Origin: Synergistales bacterium
GTDB taxonomy: Bacteria; Synergistota; Synergistia; Synergistales; JAFGMB01
Direction: 5' to 3'
DNA: 64,000 nucleotides
NCBI GenBank assembly: GCA_963666205.1
Contig: OY762654.1
Location: 1,184,001 to 1,248,000, forward strand
Each line of letters starts with the position of its first letter. Positions within the stretch are counted from its first letter, which is position 1. Made by a program: the position numbers and the translations under genes. Positions 39,551 through 49,877 of this stretch are shown here, piece by piece. The notes beneath the pieces were generated by a model. That model ran no database searches and was not told the DNA's origin. It saw only the letters and a list, made by a program, of their open reading frames with translations.

Positions 39551-40951
39551 TTGAAAGGACTGGACCTGATGATCAGACTTAAATTAATAGATTCATTCCT
39601 GCGAAAGATCCTTTATATTATTCTCCTGATAATTACAGTAACTGCAATAGCTGACCCTTTAAAGGCGGTAGAACCCCGGGAACTGCCGCTGGACAGCGAA
39701 ATACAAGATGTGCTCACCCTTCCCCAGAATCCTTTCTTTTACCTGACTGAAGATTACAACAGAAGATTGATAACAGAAGAAGAGCAGTCCGAATACCTGG
39801 AAGAATTCAAAGAGTTTTATTTCTCTCCCTGGTTCCAGGAGAAACCCCGCCACGGAATGGATGTGCAGGAATGGATCTTCAGTCATTTTGGAGAAAAGCA
39901 GGGTTATGGTGAGAACCGACGACTGAGGACCATAAAATGGCTTGAAGAACAAAGAGCCCGGGCTAACCTTTCTGCTTTGGGCACCCTTAACCGAAAAGCT
40001 GTGTCAGTCAGGGAGACCGATCTCAGACTTCTTCCTACCCCAAGGCCCTTTTTTTACGACTTCAACCTCCCGGGAGAGGGCTACCCCTTTGATTATCTTC
40101 AGAATTCCGCTGTTCATGCAGGGGAACCTCTTTTCATATCTCACCTTTCCGGAGATGGGGCATGGGCATGGAGTGAAACATCCTACGCGGCAGGTTGGGT
40201 AAAGATCGAAGATATTGCTTTCGTGAATGATGGATTGATCCAGAAATGGACACATTTACCCCTCGGCGTTGTCATTGCTGATAATTTCCCCATAAAGGAT
40301 CAGGATGGACAGTTCTGTCTTAACGGGAGGGCTGGAACCATCCTGCCCATCACAGGCAGATACATAACAAGGAACAGGATCATAATTCCCCTGAGGGGAC
40401 TGGACGGAAATGCTATTGAAGGGACAGCCCTTCTTTCCTCCGATAAACTGGGAACACACCCTCTACCTTTCACAAGCTGGAATGCGGCACTTATCTGCGA
40501 AACCCATATGGAGATGCCCTATGGATGGGGAGGATATGGACAGAATCGTGACTGTTCAGCCACTATTCGTGATATTTTTCTCCCCTTCGGGATCTGGCTT
40601 CCCCGAAACTCCGGAGCTCAGGCAAAAACAGGCATAACTATAGATCTGGAGAACATGGAAAACACTGACAAGATACACGCTATCCTCAGGGAAGCAAGAC
40701 CTTTCTGTACCCTTGTAAACAAGAAAGGTCATGTTATGTTATACATCGGTCGATATAGGGAAAACCCGCTTATTCTTCACAATACATGGGGGATCAGAAC
40801 CCTGGATAACGGGAAAGAGGGAAGAAAAATAATCGGCAAAACAGTGATCACCACTCTGGCACCGGGCAAAGAACTCCCGGATCTCTACCCTGGAAAGGGT
40901 CTGCTTATTGACAGTATTACCGGGATCACCCTTCTGGGAGGGATACGCTGA
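39551..40951 (+). CDS. NlpC/P60 peptidoglycan endopeptidase with SH3b-like domains
   Basis: GEGYPFDYLQNS; PYGWGG...RDCSA; LPRNS; GHVMLY. Confidence 0.88.
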   Translation: MKGLDLMIRLKLIDSFLRKILYIILLIITVTAIADPLKAVEPRELPLDSEIQDVLTLPQNPFFYLTEDYNRRLITEEEQSEYLEEFKEFYFSPWFQEKPRHGMDVQEWIFSHFGEKQGYGENRRLRTIKWLEEQRARANLSALGTLNRKAVSVRETDLRLLPTPRPFFYDFNLPGEGYPFDYLQNSAVHAGEPLFISHLSGDGAWAWSETSYAAGWVKIEDIAFVNDGLIQKWTHLPLGVVIADNFPIKDQDGQFCLNGRAGTILPITGRYITRNRIIIPLRGLDGNAIEGTALLSSDKLGTHPLPFTSWNAALICETHMEMPYGWGGYGQNRDCSATIRDIFLPFGIWLPRNSGAQAKTGITIDLENMENTDKIHAILREARPFCTLVNKKGHVMLYIGRYRENPLILHNTWGIRTLDNGKEGRKIIGKTVITTLAPGKELPDLYPGKGLLIDSITGITLLGGIR

Positions 40952-41221
40952 CAAGGCATGCCCGATCTATTAAAAAATGTGCCTTAAAGACTCGGGGGAT
41001 AGTATGGATCATCCTTACAGATATCCCTGAAAACATGATAATGAACTTAATTTACAGGTTTTAACCTTAAACAAAAAACTGAATTTAAAGGTCAAAACTT
41101 GACAAATCAAAGCTTTACGGGATAATTGCTCCATAACCGTGGAGGGAATATGAACGTGACATCCAATGGTGGATGTCACTTTTTTGTGTGCCCTCCCATG
41201 TATGGAGGAATAATTATAGAT

Positions 41222-42937
41222 ATGGAACAGAAGAATTTCGGGAGTTTCGGTCTCAGGCCGGAACTATTGGCAACACTGGAGAGGAAACAGTTTCAGAATC
41301 CGACACCTGTCCAGGAAAAGGTACTCTCTCTGGACAGCCACAATATGGATCTTATAGTAAGGGCAAAGACTGGTTCAGGCAAAACCCTGGCCTTCCTTCT
41401 TCCCCTTTTCAACGAAGGAAAAGTTTCCATGGGGAAACCCAGGGTACTTGTCCTCTCCCCCACAAGGGAATTGGCACAGCAGATATCCCGTGAAGCCGAA
41501 TGGCTTGGCAGGGACCTGGATGTAAGGATCGCGACCCTGGTAGGGGGAATGGATATATCCGGGCAGATCCGCGATCTACGCAGAGGAGCTTCCCTTGTCG
41601 TAGGGACTCCGGGAAGGACCCTCGATCACATAAGAAGGGGCACCCTCAAACTAAACGAAGTACATACGGTCATCCTCGATGAAGGTGATCATATGCTTGA
41701 TATGGGATTCAGAGAAGAACTGGAAGGAATTCTCGACTCCATAGAGGACAGGGAAAGGACATGGCTCTTTTCCGCTACCATGCCTGCAGAAGTCCGCTCC
41801 CTATCCAAGAGGTATCTTAAAGAGCCTGAATATATCTCCCTTGTAGAGGATGGCGCACAGCACTCGGATATAGACCACAAGGTTTACATGGTACCCCGCA
41901 GATGCAGGCTTGATGGACTTGTTAATGTGCTCCTCTGGGCTCACTCCAAAAAAGGGCTGGTCTTCTGCCACACCCGGGCTGAAACAATGGAAGTATCTGA
42001 TCGTCTTATCCGCGAAGGTTTCACTGCGTGCTGCCTTCATGGCGATATGACCCAGAGGGAACGTAACACTGCTCTTACTTCCTTCCGTTCAGGAAAGGTA
42101 TCCCTTCTTGTAGCCACTAATGTCGCCGCGAGGGGTCTGGATGTTCCTGGAATTGAACATGTTTTTCAGTACGGCCTTCCTGACGACATTGAAACCTTTA
42201 TTCACAGGAGCGGCAGAACAGGTAGAGCCGGCCACGATGGAGAGAACATCGTAGTCCTTAATCCCATAGAATCCAGGAAGTTCAGATTCATGATCAGAGG
42301 TACCAAGATCAAGGTTGAATGGCTCCCCGTGCCCGATGGGAAAGAGATCAGGATAAAACACCGTAAAAGATATGAAGAGAAGATCCTCAATGGATCCGTA
42401 CCTTCCAGCGAGGATGTCAGAACATGGGCAGAAGACCTTCTTGAGAGAGAAGATGCCGTGAACCTTGTAACCAGACTTCTGAACCTTGTAAATAAAAAAG
42501 TTCCTTCCGGTTACGATATTCAAAAGGAACTTCAGAAAGAAATGGACAGCAGGGACCCCCGCGAAACCAGGGAGAAGAAACCTGTGAAAAACGCAAGAGT
42601 TCATCACAACAGGGGAAGGGGAACAACGGTAACTCTCCTTATGAAACAGAAGAACGGCTGGAACGTAGGCCGAGTGCTCAGATCTGTCTGCTGTGCCCTT
42701 GAAGTTGACAGGAACGAGGTTTCACAGATCACCCTGAACGAAGAGAATATAATGGTTGATCTCATGCCCCTGGCCCTTGATAAATTTCAGGATTCAGCCA
42801 GCGCCCTGAACAGATGGGGTCTTGTCCCTACCGAGAATGCCGCTGTGAAAACAGTTTCAAACCAGCGGAACTCCGCTAAAAAAAGACCTGCCGGCAGACG
42901 GCCTGGAAAGAGAGAAACTTCGAAAACCAGGAGCTGA
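41222..42937 (+). CDS. DEAD/DEAH-box RNA helicase
   Basis: Q motif, AKTGSGKT, SPTRELA, DEGD, SAT, ARGLD, HRSGRTGRAG. Confidence 0.93.
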   Translation: MEQKNFGSFGLRPELLATLERKQFQNPTPVQEKVLSLDSHNMDLIVRAKTGSGKTLAFLLPLFNEGKVSMGKPRVLVLSPTRELAQQISREAEWLGRDLDVRIATLVGGMDISGQIRDLRRGASLVVGTPGRTLDHIRRGTLKLNEVHTVILDEGDHMLDMGFREELEGILDSIEDRERTWLFSATMPAEVRSLSKRYLKEPEYISLVEDGAQHSDIDHKVYMVPRRCRLDGLVNVLLWAHSKKGLVFCHTRAETMEVSDRLIREGFTACCLHGDMTQRERNTALTSFRSGKVSLLVATNVAARGLDVPGIEHVFQYGLPDDIETFIHRSGRTGRAGHDGENIVVLNPIESRKFRFMIRGTKIKVEWLPVPDGKEIRIKHRKRYEEKILNGSVPSSEDVRTWAEDLLEREDAVNLVTRLLNLVNKKVPSGYDIQKELQKEMDSRDPRETREKKPVKNARVHHNRGRGTTVTLLMKQKNGWNVGRVLRSVCCALEVDRNEVSQITLNEENIMVDLMPLALDKFQDSASALNRWGLVPTENAAVKTVSNQRNSAKKRPAGRRPGKRETSKTRS

Positions 42938-42961
42938 CCTCAGGGGTTGCACTGAAATATG

Positions 42962-42993
42962 AGAGGCTCTTCCCGCGGGAAGAGCCTCTTTTT
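42962..42993. terminator. Intrinsic terminator
   Basis: AGAGGCTCTTCCC-gc-GGGAAGAGCCTCT followed by a T-run. Confidence 0.8.
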
Positions 42994-43280
42994 CATTCTT
43001 TAAGGAATTGCAGTTCCGGACTTGTCATACTTGCAGTAAAACGGATAACTTCGTATTCCGCCACACCATTTTTTCTGAAGGGATCTTCATTCAGGATCCT
43101 TTCAAGTTCTTCCGGATCCTTCAGACCTGAAATAATCACTCCACCCGTCCGTGGTTCCTTCCTTCCCGAAAGAAGGAAACTGCCTGCTTCATACTGTTTT
43201 TTTAGATATTGCCGATGTTCATCCAGGAACCTGTCCACTTCCTCGACGGGCCTGATATATGTAAGGGATATTAAATACAC
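42993..43280 (-). CDS. YciI-like protein
   Basis: HRQYL, SGRKEPRTGG, DPF. Confidence 0.85.
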   Translation of the reverse strand: MYLISLTYIRPVEEVDRFLDEHRQYLKKQYEAGSFLLSGRKEPRTGGVIISGLKDPEELERILNEDPFRKNGVAEYEVIRFTASMTSPELQFLKE

Positions 43281-43303
43281 TTAAAATCAACTCCCTCTTG
43301 TGT

Positions 43304-43825
43304 TTATCTGTAACTGTTTTTCTTTATCCTGGAAAAGTCAAGCTCGCTTTCAGGATGTCCGGGCTTCTCCTCAGCACCATAACCTATGGCGATTATTGAA
43401 ACCACCCTGAGGTTCCTGGGAATACCCATAAGTTCCTGGACATATTCCTCTGCAGTATGCTCTTCCGAATGGGGACGCTTGCTGATCTGGATCCAGCAGC
43501 TGCCAAGACCTATGGAATGGGCGGTACAGTGGGCAATGGTAGATGCTATGGAACAGTCCTCGATCCAGGTATCGCTTTTATTTTCATCACCAAGGACCAC
43601 TATTGCAAGAGGCGCTCCCTCCAGGAACCGGGCGCCTCCCGGTTTGGATGTGGAGAGTTTGCTGATGACCTCTCTGTCATCCACAAAGATGAACTCACAT
43701 GGCTGGGCGTTCTTTCCTGAAGGAGCCCTGAGTACGGCTTCCTTTAATAGTTCAACCTTTTCGAGCTCGATCTTTCTTTCCTGGTACTGTCTTATACTCC
43801 GTCTTTCTCTGAGAATATTTAACAT
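43304..43825 (-). CDS. Nitroreductase family protein
   Basis: RRSIRQY, APSGKNAQP, GLGSCW, IGY. Confidence 0.92.
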   Translation of the reverse strand: MLNILRERRSIRQYQERKIELEKVELLKEAVLRAPSGKNAQPCEFIFVDDREVISKLSTSKPGGARFLEGAPLAIVVLGDENKSDTWIEDCSIASTIAHCTAHSIGLGSCWIQISKRPHSEEHTAEEYVQELMGIPRNLRVVSIIAIGYGAEEKPGHPESELDFSRIKKNSYR

Positions 43826-43953
43826 ATGGCACCTCCATACCTGAGTGATTTTCTAAATACCGTAATCATTAACGCACAATTGGTTAAAACATTAAAACTG
43901 GACTTTCACAACTACTGATCTCGGCTTCGATTATAGTAGTACCTTCTCTTAAG

Positions 43954-44378
43954 TTACATATCGAGTATTACCGTAGGGACAAATCCTGAACCCTTTATGA
44001 TCTGCTGAAGATAGCTGGAGATCTCTATGAGACGGAGTCCGTTATCGAGAAACTCCATGATCATAACACCGATAAAGGTACCCTCTGCTCCTCCAATCCC
44101 TCCGATAAGACTAGTTCTTCCCAATACTATTGATGGCTATCACATCAAGTTCCAGGCCTATCCCGATACTCGGTTGGGTACTCCAGAGCATCCCTGCCAT
44201 GGGGAACCCGGCAAGATTCCTTGTTTCATCATTGTCATCAAGGATATAAATACAAATTCCGAAGGTGGTCCTCCGTCAGGATAACGGAATCATGAAAATG
44301 GATATCTGAGAAATAGAAGAAGGATCGATAGAACTGTCGAGATAGATATTCTGAAAAACAGTTTCCCGGGATTTTCAT
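43954..44378 (-). pseudogene. rbsC: Degraded ribose-type ABC permease fragment
   Basis: Hand translation: QPSIGIGLELDVIA, frameshift, IVLGRTSLIGGIGGAEGTFIGVMIMEFLDNGLRLIEISSYLQQIIKG. This matches the RbsC C-terminus; most of the gene is missing. Confidence 0.75.
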
Positions 44379-44388
44379 ATCCTTAAAC

Positions 44389-44781
44389 CTAAAATGATGC
44401 TCCACATGTAATGATAATATTGGAAAAAGGTGTGAATTCTCCGGTTCGAATAACAAATCTCATCTCATGAAGCATTTCTTTGAGCTCCTCATGGGTAACA
44501 CTGGAACATTTAAATCCGCCGCAACATACCTGAAGTTTTTTTAGAAGATCCTTATCTCTGGATACTTCCATGGCCCAGGTCACTTCCGCTATGGCCAACT
44601 CTTTGATTACTACTTCAAGAACAGAAAAAAAGGGCGGGCAACCTGGGGCATAAGCCAGATCGATCCTGTTCACCTGCTGGGGAACAGGTAACCCCGCATC
44701 GGAGATACAGAAACGGTCGAGGTATCCCAGAGAAGCGATCATGTAATTCAACTCAGGATGCAGTATTCCTCCTTTTTTCAT
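44389..44781 (-). CDS. rbsD: D-ribose pyranase
   Basis: MKKGGILHPEL, DAGLP, RIDLA, IRTGEFTPFSN. Confidence 0.88.
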   Translation of the reverse strand: MKKGGILHPELNYMIASLGYLDRFCISDAGLPVPQQVNRIDLAYAPGCPPFFSVLEVVIKELAIAEVTWAMEVSRDKDLLKKLQVCCGGFKCSSVTHEELKEMLHEMRFVIRTGEFTPFSNIIITCGASF

Positions 44782-45041
44782 TCTCTTTACTCCTTTCTTC
44801 ATATTGCATTTTTCAGTTTCGATCATGAAAACAATCAAGGAAAAAGGAAAATTGATAAAGGGAAGATTCAGGAAGAAATGGAAGGTAGAAGCAATTCTAG
44901 ATCAATGTCTTTCATAATATTACTTAGATATCATAATATCTTATTATAGAACAGAAATGGCGGGAAAAAATGGGGTGAGAGAATGAACCTTCCCGCCCCA
45001 TTTTTATGATAAATGGAAATATCCAGTTTATGAACCAGCGC

Positions 45042-46046
45042 TTATTGTACTGCCGGGAAACTACCTTTCCAGCTTTCCCAATCTGAAACAATATTATCTA
45101 CTATTGCTGACCCTACACGGAAACCGTTGGTCATTCCTATGGAAAAACCTCCAGATGAAGTGGAGAGGCTTTCTCTTACTGTCTGGCCCGGATGAGGCTG
45201 GTCAAAGTTGACCACATCTCTTATTACGAACATTCTGTCCAGCTTACCGAAAGCGTTCAGCACCAAGGCAAATGCACTGTCCTCCATCTGGGTCACCATG
45301 TATCTCCCCGCATCATAGGCACTGCAGACCTCATCAGCAGTCCTGGAACTTCCCCTGCCATGCCAGTAGGAATCTCCGGTTACAGAAACTCCCCTCTGGA
45401 CTGAAGGTTTGGACCGGGCCTCTGCATCATTGTAAAGGAGCCTGTAAAAAGCAGCCCTGGAGGAATCCGCCAGTTCAACCCCGGCAGCAAGTTCAGAAAC
45501 TCTTTCGATAAGCCCAGTATTGAGCTCGAAATAGCCCAAGTCTCTCATGCTGTCCATAACCATAAATGTTGATTCCCCACTCTTCCCATCGGACTCTTTC
45601 CAGCTGTGGCCAAGTTCATAGTCCACAACCGCATCACAAAGCACGACGGAACCCAGGGTGGTACGGGAAGGAGGTCCTCCCGCACAGCCGGAGACCATGA
45701 AATAGGTATTGCTGAGATCAAAACGGGGATCTGACAGGATCGCCGTCAGTGTTGCAGCAGCCCTTGCCTTCCCCATGCCCGTTACAGTTCCTGCGACTCC
45801 ATCAGAATTAATGTAGAAATTGTTGGGATTACCGGTAATTTCAAATGCCCTGGCTCCCTTAAAATATCTTTCATACCAGTGCTGAAATTCACCGGCAAAG
45901 TCTCCTGTATTCTCTCCAACCTCGAACATGGAAAGTACAAGCATTTTCACTTCGATCCCCTTTTCAGAAGCAGCAACACCGGCAGAGAGGAGAGAGAACA
46001 ACAGGATAAACACCAGGATAACTCTTAGTGAACGCAAATATTTCAA
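45042..46046 (-). CDS. Purine nucleoside permease (NUP) family secreted protein
   Basis: Signal peptide; SMFEVG...GEFQHW; DPRFDLSNTYF; GDSYWHG; TQMED; NFDQP. Confidence 0.78.
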   Translation of the reverse strand: MKYLRSLRVILVFILLFSLLSAGVAASEKGIEVKMLVLSMFEVGENTGDFAGEFQHWYERYFKGARAFEITGNPNNFYINSDGVAGTVTGMGKARAAATLTAILSDPRFDLSNTYFMVSGCAGGPPSRTTLGSVVLCDAVVDYELGHSWKESDGKSGESTFMVMDSMRDLGYFELNTGLIERVSELAAGVELADSSRAAFYRLLYNDAEARSKPSVQRGVSVTGDSYWHGRGSSRTADEVCSAYDAGRYMVTQMEDSAFALVLNAFGKLDRMFVIRDVVNFDQPHPGQTVRESLSTSSGGFSIGMTNGFRVGSAIVDNIVSDWESWKGSFPAVQ

Positions 46047-46107
46047 AACAGAACCTCCCTCGGTTTTTAAAACGACAGAACCATCGTGAAGTGTTCATAT
46101 TTCTTTT

Positions 46108-46563
46108 TTAAATATTTTTTAAAACAGCTTCAGCAGTCATGATAACAACAAGATAACGCAAGGATTTGCCTATGGCCACCCAAAAGATAAAGATCCATAA
46201 CTCAAGATTGAAAACCCCTGCTACTACCGTCAGTGGATCTCCTACTACAGGCAGCCATGCAAGGGACAAAATGGGGGCTCCCCATTTCCTGTATATTTTT
46301 TCGGCCTTTTGCCTTTTCTCAAAGTTTACATTTATGTAACGCGATAATAAAAAAGTCGCTCCCAACTTACCAACATAGTAATTTGTAATGGAACCAAGGG
46401 TATTGCCGGTAGTTGCAACTGCAAAAATAACCCATGGATCATAGCCGGAAACCGCCATAAGGGCAACAAAAACTTCTGAACCAAGGGGAACTAGAGTTGC
46501 GGCAAAAAAACTCACCATAAAAAGTCCGAAATAACCGGATTGAAAAACCAGATCTTCTATCAT
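46108..46563 (-). CDS. YqaA/DedA family membrane protein
   Basis: FFAATLVPLGSE, GNTLGS, WLPVVGDPL, GKSLRY. Confidence 0.88.
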   Translation of the reverse strand: MIEDLVFQSGYFGLFMVSFFAATLVPLGSEVFVALMAVSGYDPWVIFAVATTGNTLGSITNYYVGKLGATFLLSRYINVNFEKRQKAEKIYRKWGAPILSLAWLPVVGDPLTVVAGVFNLELWIFIFWVAIGKSLRYLVVIMTAEAVLKNI

Positions 46564-46652
46564 TTGCCGAGAAACCCCGTTTCTCTGTTTTATCTTCGGA
46601 TAATGAAAAGGTTATTCACCATGTTGACCTACAAGTGAACAGATTGGCCCAG

Positions 46653-48053
46653 TTATAACTGGGCCAATCTGGATAAGACCCTTCTGATAGCCTGGGCGGA
46701 GATCCTGATGTCCTCATCAGTAGTCGCCCAGTTGGAAACAGAAATTCGCATGGCATCCATGTCATTCCATCGGGAACCGCCAGCCCAGCATGTTCCCTCC
46801 TCCTGCACAAGGGATGTAACCTGCCTGGTAAAATACCCGTCATCCTTCCCTTCAGGATCAAGGAAACGAACAAGTACCTGGTTAAGGATGACTTCATTCA
46901 GAATCTCTACATTGGGATCTTCGGAAAGGAGGTAAGCCATTAACTTTGCCTGGCGGCAGTTACGTTCAACTATTTCCCTTACACCTTCCCTTCCAAGAGA
47001 GCGGATGGCTCCATAAAGGGCAAAACCCCTTGCCCTCCTGGATGATTCGGGAACCCATTGCGATGGATCCCTTACTTCCTCCGGAGCAGCTATATAGTAG
47101 GGAGCCTTAAGCGCCATGGAAGCTCTGTGGGCAGCCTCGTTGGCAACGATAGCAATACCTGAATCATAAGGCACATTCAGCCATTTGTGAGCGTCGGTTG
47201 CCCAGGAATCCGCAAGTTCAATACCTGCTGACTCTTTCCTGAGAGAAGGGGTCAATCTTGCCCAGAGCCCAAAGGCACCGTCAACATGGACCCAGGCACC
47301 GGATCTATGGGCGATCGGGATTATCTCTTCGCAGGGATCGAAGGCACCTGTATTGACATTACCTGCCTGGGCATTCACTATTATGGGCCCCCGGCATGAA
47401 GTCAGTATCTTCTCCAGTTCCGAAGTGATCATTCGCCCCTGGGCATCAACAGGGACATACCTGATATTGTCTGTTCCAAAACCGAGCATTTTCAGCGCAT
47501 TGATGAGAGTTGCATGAGCCTCTGCTCCGGCAACAATATTGACCTCGGGAGCTCCATAAAGACCCTGCTTTTCCACATCCCACCCACTTGAACGGAGCAC
47601 CTCGTGCCTGGCAGCGGCGAGACAGGTGAAGTTAGCCATCTGACATCCGGTAACAAAACCCATGGAAGCAGTTGGAGGGAGATCCAGAAGATCCAGTATC
47701 CATCCAGAAACTATCTCTTCCACGACACCTGATGCCGGTGAAGAAATCGAAAGGACTCCATTCTGGTCCCACACCGATGTCAGCCAGTCGGCGGCCAGGC
47801 TTGCTGGTACAGCTCCTCCTGTAACAAAACCAAAATATCTTGGACCGGGACTGGCCACAAGCCCCCCGTCCACTTTGGCTGACATGTCCCGGATCACTTC
47901 CAAGGGATCCTCACTCTTTTCCGGGAGGTCCATAACAAGATCCTTCCTCAGTTCCTTAACGCTCTTTACAGCACCCACATGCCTCGATTCGATCCCATCA
48001 AAATAATCAACTGCTAACTTGAAAGTCTCTTCCAGCATTTTGTTATCGATCAT
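46653..48053 (-). CDS. Group II PLP-dependent (aromatic amino acid-type) decarboxylase
   Basis: PRYFGFV, HVDGAFG, DSWATDAHKWLNVPY. Confidence 0.9.
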   Translation of the reverse strand: MIDNKMLEETFKLAVDYFDGIESRHVGAVKSVKELRKDLVMDLPEKSEDPLEVIRDMSAKVDGGLVASPGPRYFGFVTGGAVPASLAADWLTSVWDQNGVLSISSPASGVVEEIVSGWILDLLDLPPTASMGFVTGCQMANFTCLAAARHEVLRSSGWDVEKQGLYGAPEVNIVAGAEAHATLINALKMLGFGTDNIRYVPVDAQGRMITSELEKILTSCRGPIIVNAQAGNVNTGAFDPCEEIIPIAHRSGAWVHVDGAFGLWARLTPSLRKESAGIELADSWATDAHKWLNVPYDSGIAIVANEAAHRASMALKAPYYIAAPEEVRDPSQWVPESSRRARGFALYGAIRSLGREGVREIVERNCRQAKLMAYLLSEDPNVEILNEVILNQVLVRFLDPEGKDDGYFTRQVTSLVQEEGTCWAGGSRWNDMDAMRISVSNWATTDEDIRISAQAIRRVLSRLAQL

Positions 48054-48450
48054 AGGGAACCTCCCCGGCTATTTCCTTTTTGAAAGTATGTTCATCTCTA
48101 TTCTAAATATATAGTTGATTTCAGTTATTACAATAGGAATATTATCAGGTATTTGATAGGGTCTGGCCTATGGAATAAGGTCTATCCCTTCCTTTTGATG
48201 ATCAGATCATGGAGAATATATTCACTCCGGGAAAAAAGACTGGTACCAGTTCTTTCCTGCCTTTCAGGATATATCCCTTAAAACCTGCCATTATGGCAGG
48301 AAAAGGAAATATTGAAGTGACTGTAGGGACCTTTACGATCAGAGGTTCATGATGGGCATGGCTGCCAGCGGAGCCGGCAACCATGCTGGGATCTCATTTC
48401 GGGAAAAAGGCTGTTTAATATAGCAGGCATTGCGGTCATAAAAGGATAAG

Positions 48451-49704
48451 CTAGAAGGAGTCATCCCTTTTCTGACCATCAACAGCAATTATGGTTCCAA
48501 GTAAGACATCCACTGCCAGAGCCAGGTCTGCGGATTCGGAAAACTCCTCCGGGCAATGGCTCCGACCTCCCCTGCTGGGAACGAAAAGCATGGCCGTGGG
48601 GAAATATTTCGCCATTATCATGGAATCATGGCCGGCACCACTGCTTATATGAATGACCCTGTCTGTAAAACTCTGAGCCGTCTTCTCAAGGATCTTTCTC
48701 AATTCGGGATCAAGTTCTATGGGAGGGACGAAATGACTCGTGGATATATTCACCCGGGTTCCGTTCCTGTCGGAGATCTCCTTCAGGACCTCTTTTGCAT
48801 GGGGGATAAGCTTGTCCATGGTCTCCCTGTCCGAGGATCTGAGATCCATGGTGAACCAGGTACGGTCAGGGACCTTATTTGATGATCCATTGGGGATCTC
48901 AAGCCGCCCCACAGTTGCCACTGTATGAGGTAAACTCCTGGCATATCGGTACATCTCCACAGCAGCATGAGCTGCCACTTCGAAGGCATCGGAGCGAAGA
49001 TTCATAGGGGTGCTCCCGGCATGATCAGCCCGACCCTCAACGGATACCTCTATGGTGGAAGTTCCGGCTATAGCCGATACCACACCAAGCCTGCAGCCTT
49101 TCGATTCAAGTACCGGACCCTGCTCGATATGCACTTCAAAAAAAGCACGGATATTTCTTGCCCAGTCAGCATCAGGGAATGGAATGTCAGAAAAGCTGTG
49201 GCGGAACTCTTCTACCATTTCCCGTGCATTCCTTACGTTCTCATATTTCAGGGGAATAAGATCATCTTCGCTTGCCTCTCCGTTAAACCATCGACTGCCC
49301 AGGAACCCTGACTGAAGTGCAGTTCCTTCTTCTTCCACAAAGGCCATTATCTGAATGGGATGATGCAGTTCCATATTCTGTTCTTTCAGCAACCTCACAA
49401 CTTCAAGTCCCGCTATCACTCCGGCTGCTCCGTCATATTTCCCGCCATTTCTTACAGTATCCAGGTGAGAACCTATACAGACAGCAGGGAGATCAGGCGT
49501 CAGACCTTCCATGCGCCCCACCAGATTGCCCACCCGGTCCATATAGACCTGCATTCCAAGACCTTTCATTATTTCCATTACGGTTCTGTTCACATCTCTG
49601 AATTCACTTGAAAAACTGGGTCTGGTAATGCCCTGTCCGGGAGTGGAATTATGCCTGGAAAGTTCATTAAGAAGCTCGTCAATACGCTGGGTATTTGCTT
49701 TCAC
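48451..49704 (-). CDS. Zn-dependent N-carbamoyl-amino-acid/allantoate amidohydrolase (M20)
   Basis: GSHLDTV, GKYDGAAG, EEEG, EVHIEQG, HAGSTPM, SGAGHD, SHCPEE. Confidence 0.9.
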   Translation of the reverse strand: MKANTQRIDELLNELSRHNSTPGQGITRPSFSSEFRDVNRTVMEIMKGLGMQVYMDRVGNLVGRMEGLTPDLPAVCIGSHLDTVRNGGKYDGAAGVIAGLEVVRLLKEQNMELHHPIQIMAFVEEEGTALQSGFLGSRWFNGEASEDDLIPLKYENVRNAREMVEEFRHSFSDIPFPDADWARNIRAFFEVHIEQGPVLESKGCRLGVVSAIAGTSTIEVSVEGRADHAGSTPMNLRSDAFEVAAHAAVEMYRYARSLPHTVATVGRLEIPNGSSNKVPDRTWFTMDLRSSDRETMDKLIPHAKEVLKEISDRNGTRVNISTSHFVPPIELDPELRKILEKTAQSFTDRVIHISSGAGHDSMIMAKYFPTAMLFVPSRGGRSHCPEEFSESADLALAVDVLLGTIIAVDGQKRDDSF

Positions 49705-49877
49705 TCTGCAACCTCCGACTTATTAGTGTACATAACACAAAAACATAATTCATTACATCCTTCAGTATCTCTCCGTAAAGATTCTCCCCTATTTGACTGA
49801 ATATATGCAAACCTTATTTGTCTCAGTATATCCATGTTAACAATCGGTTATTCAAGAATATATATGTATTTCATGGA

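Noticed and set aside
44027-44456. ORF-track entries 44027-44284 (+) and 44238-44456 (-)
   Set aside because: Better explained as shadows of the rbsC relic.
48202-48384. 60-aa ORF between the decarboxylase and carbamoylase genes
   Set aside because: No clear RBS or motif on either strand.
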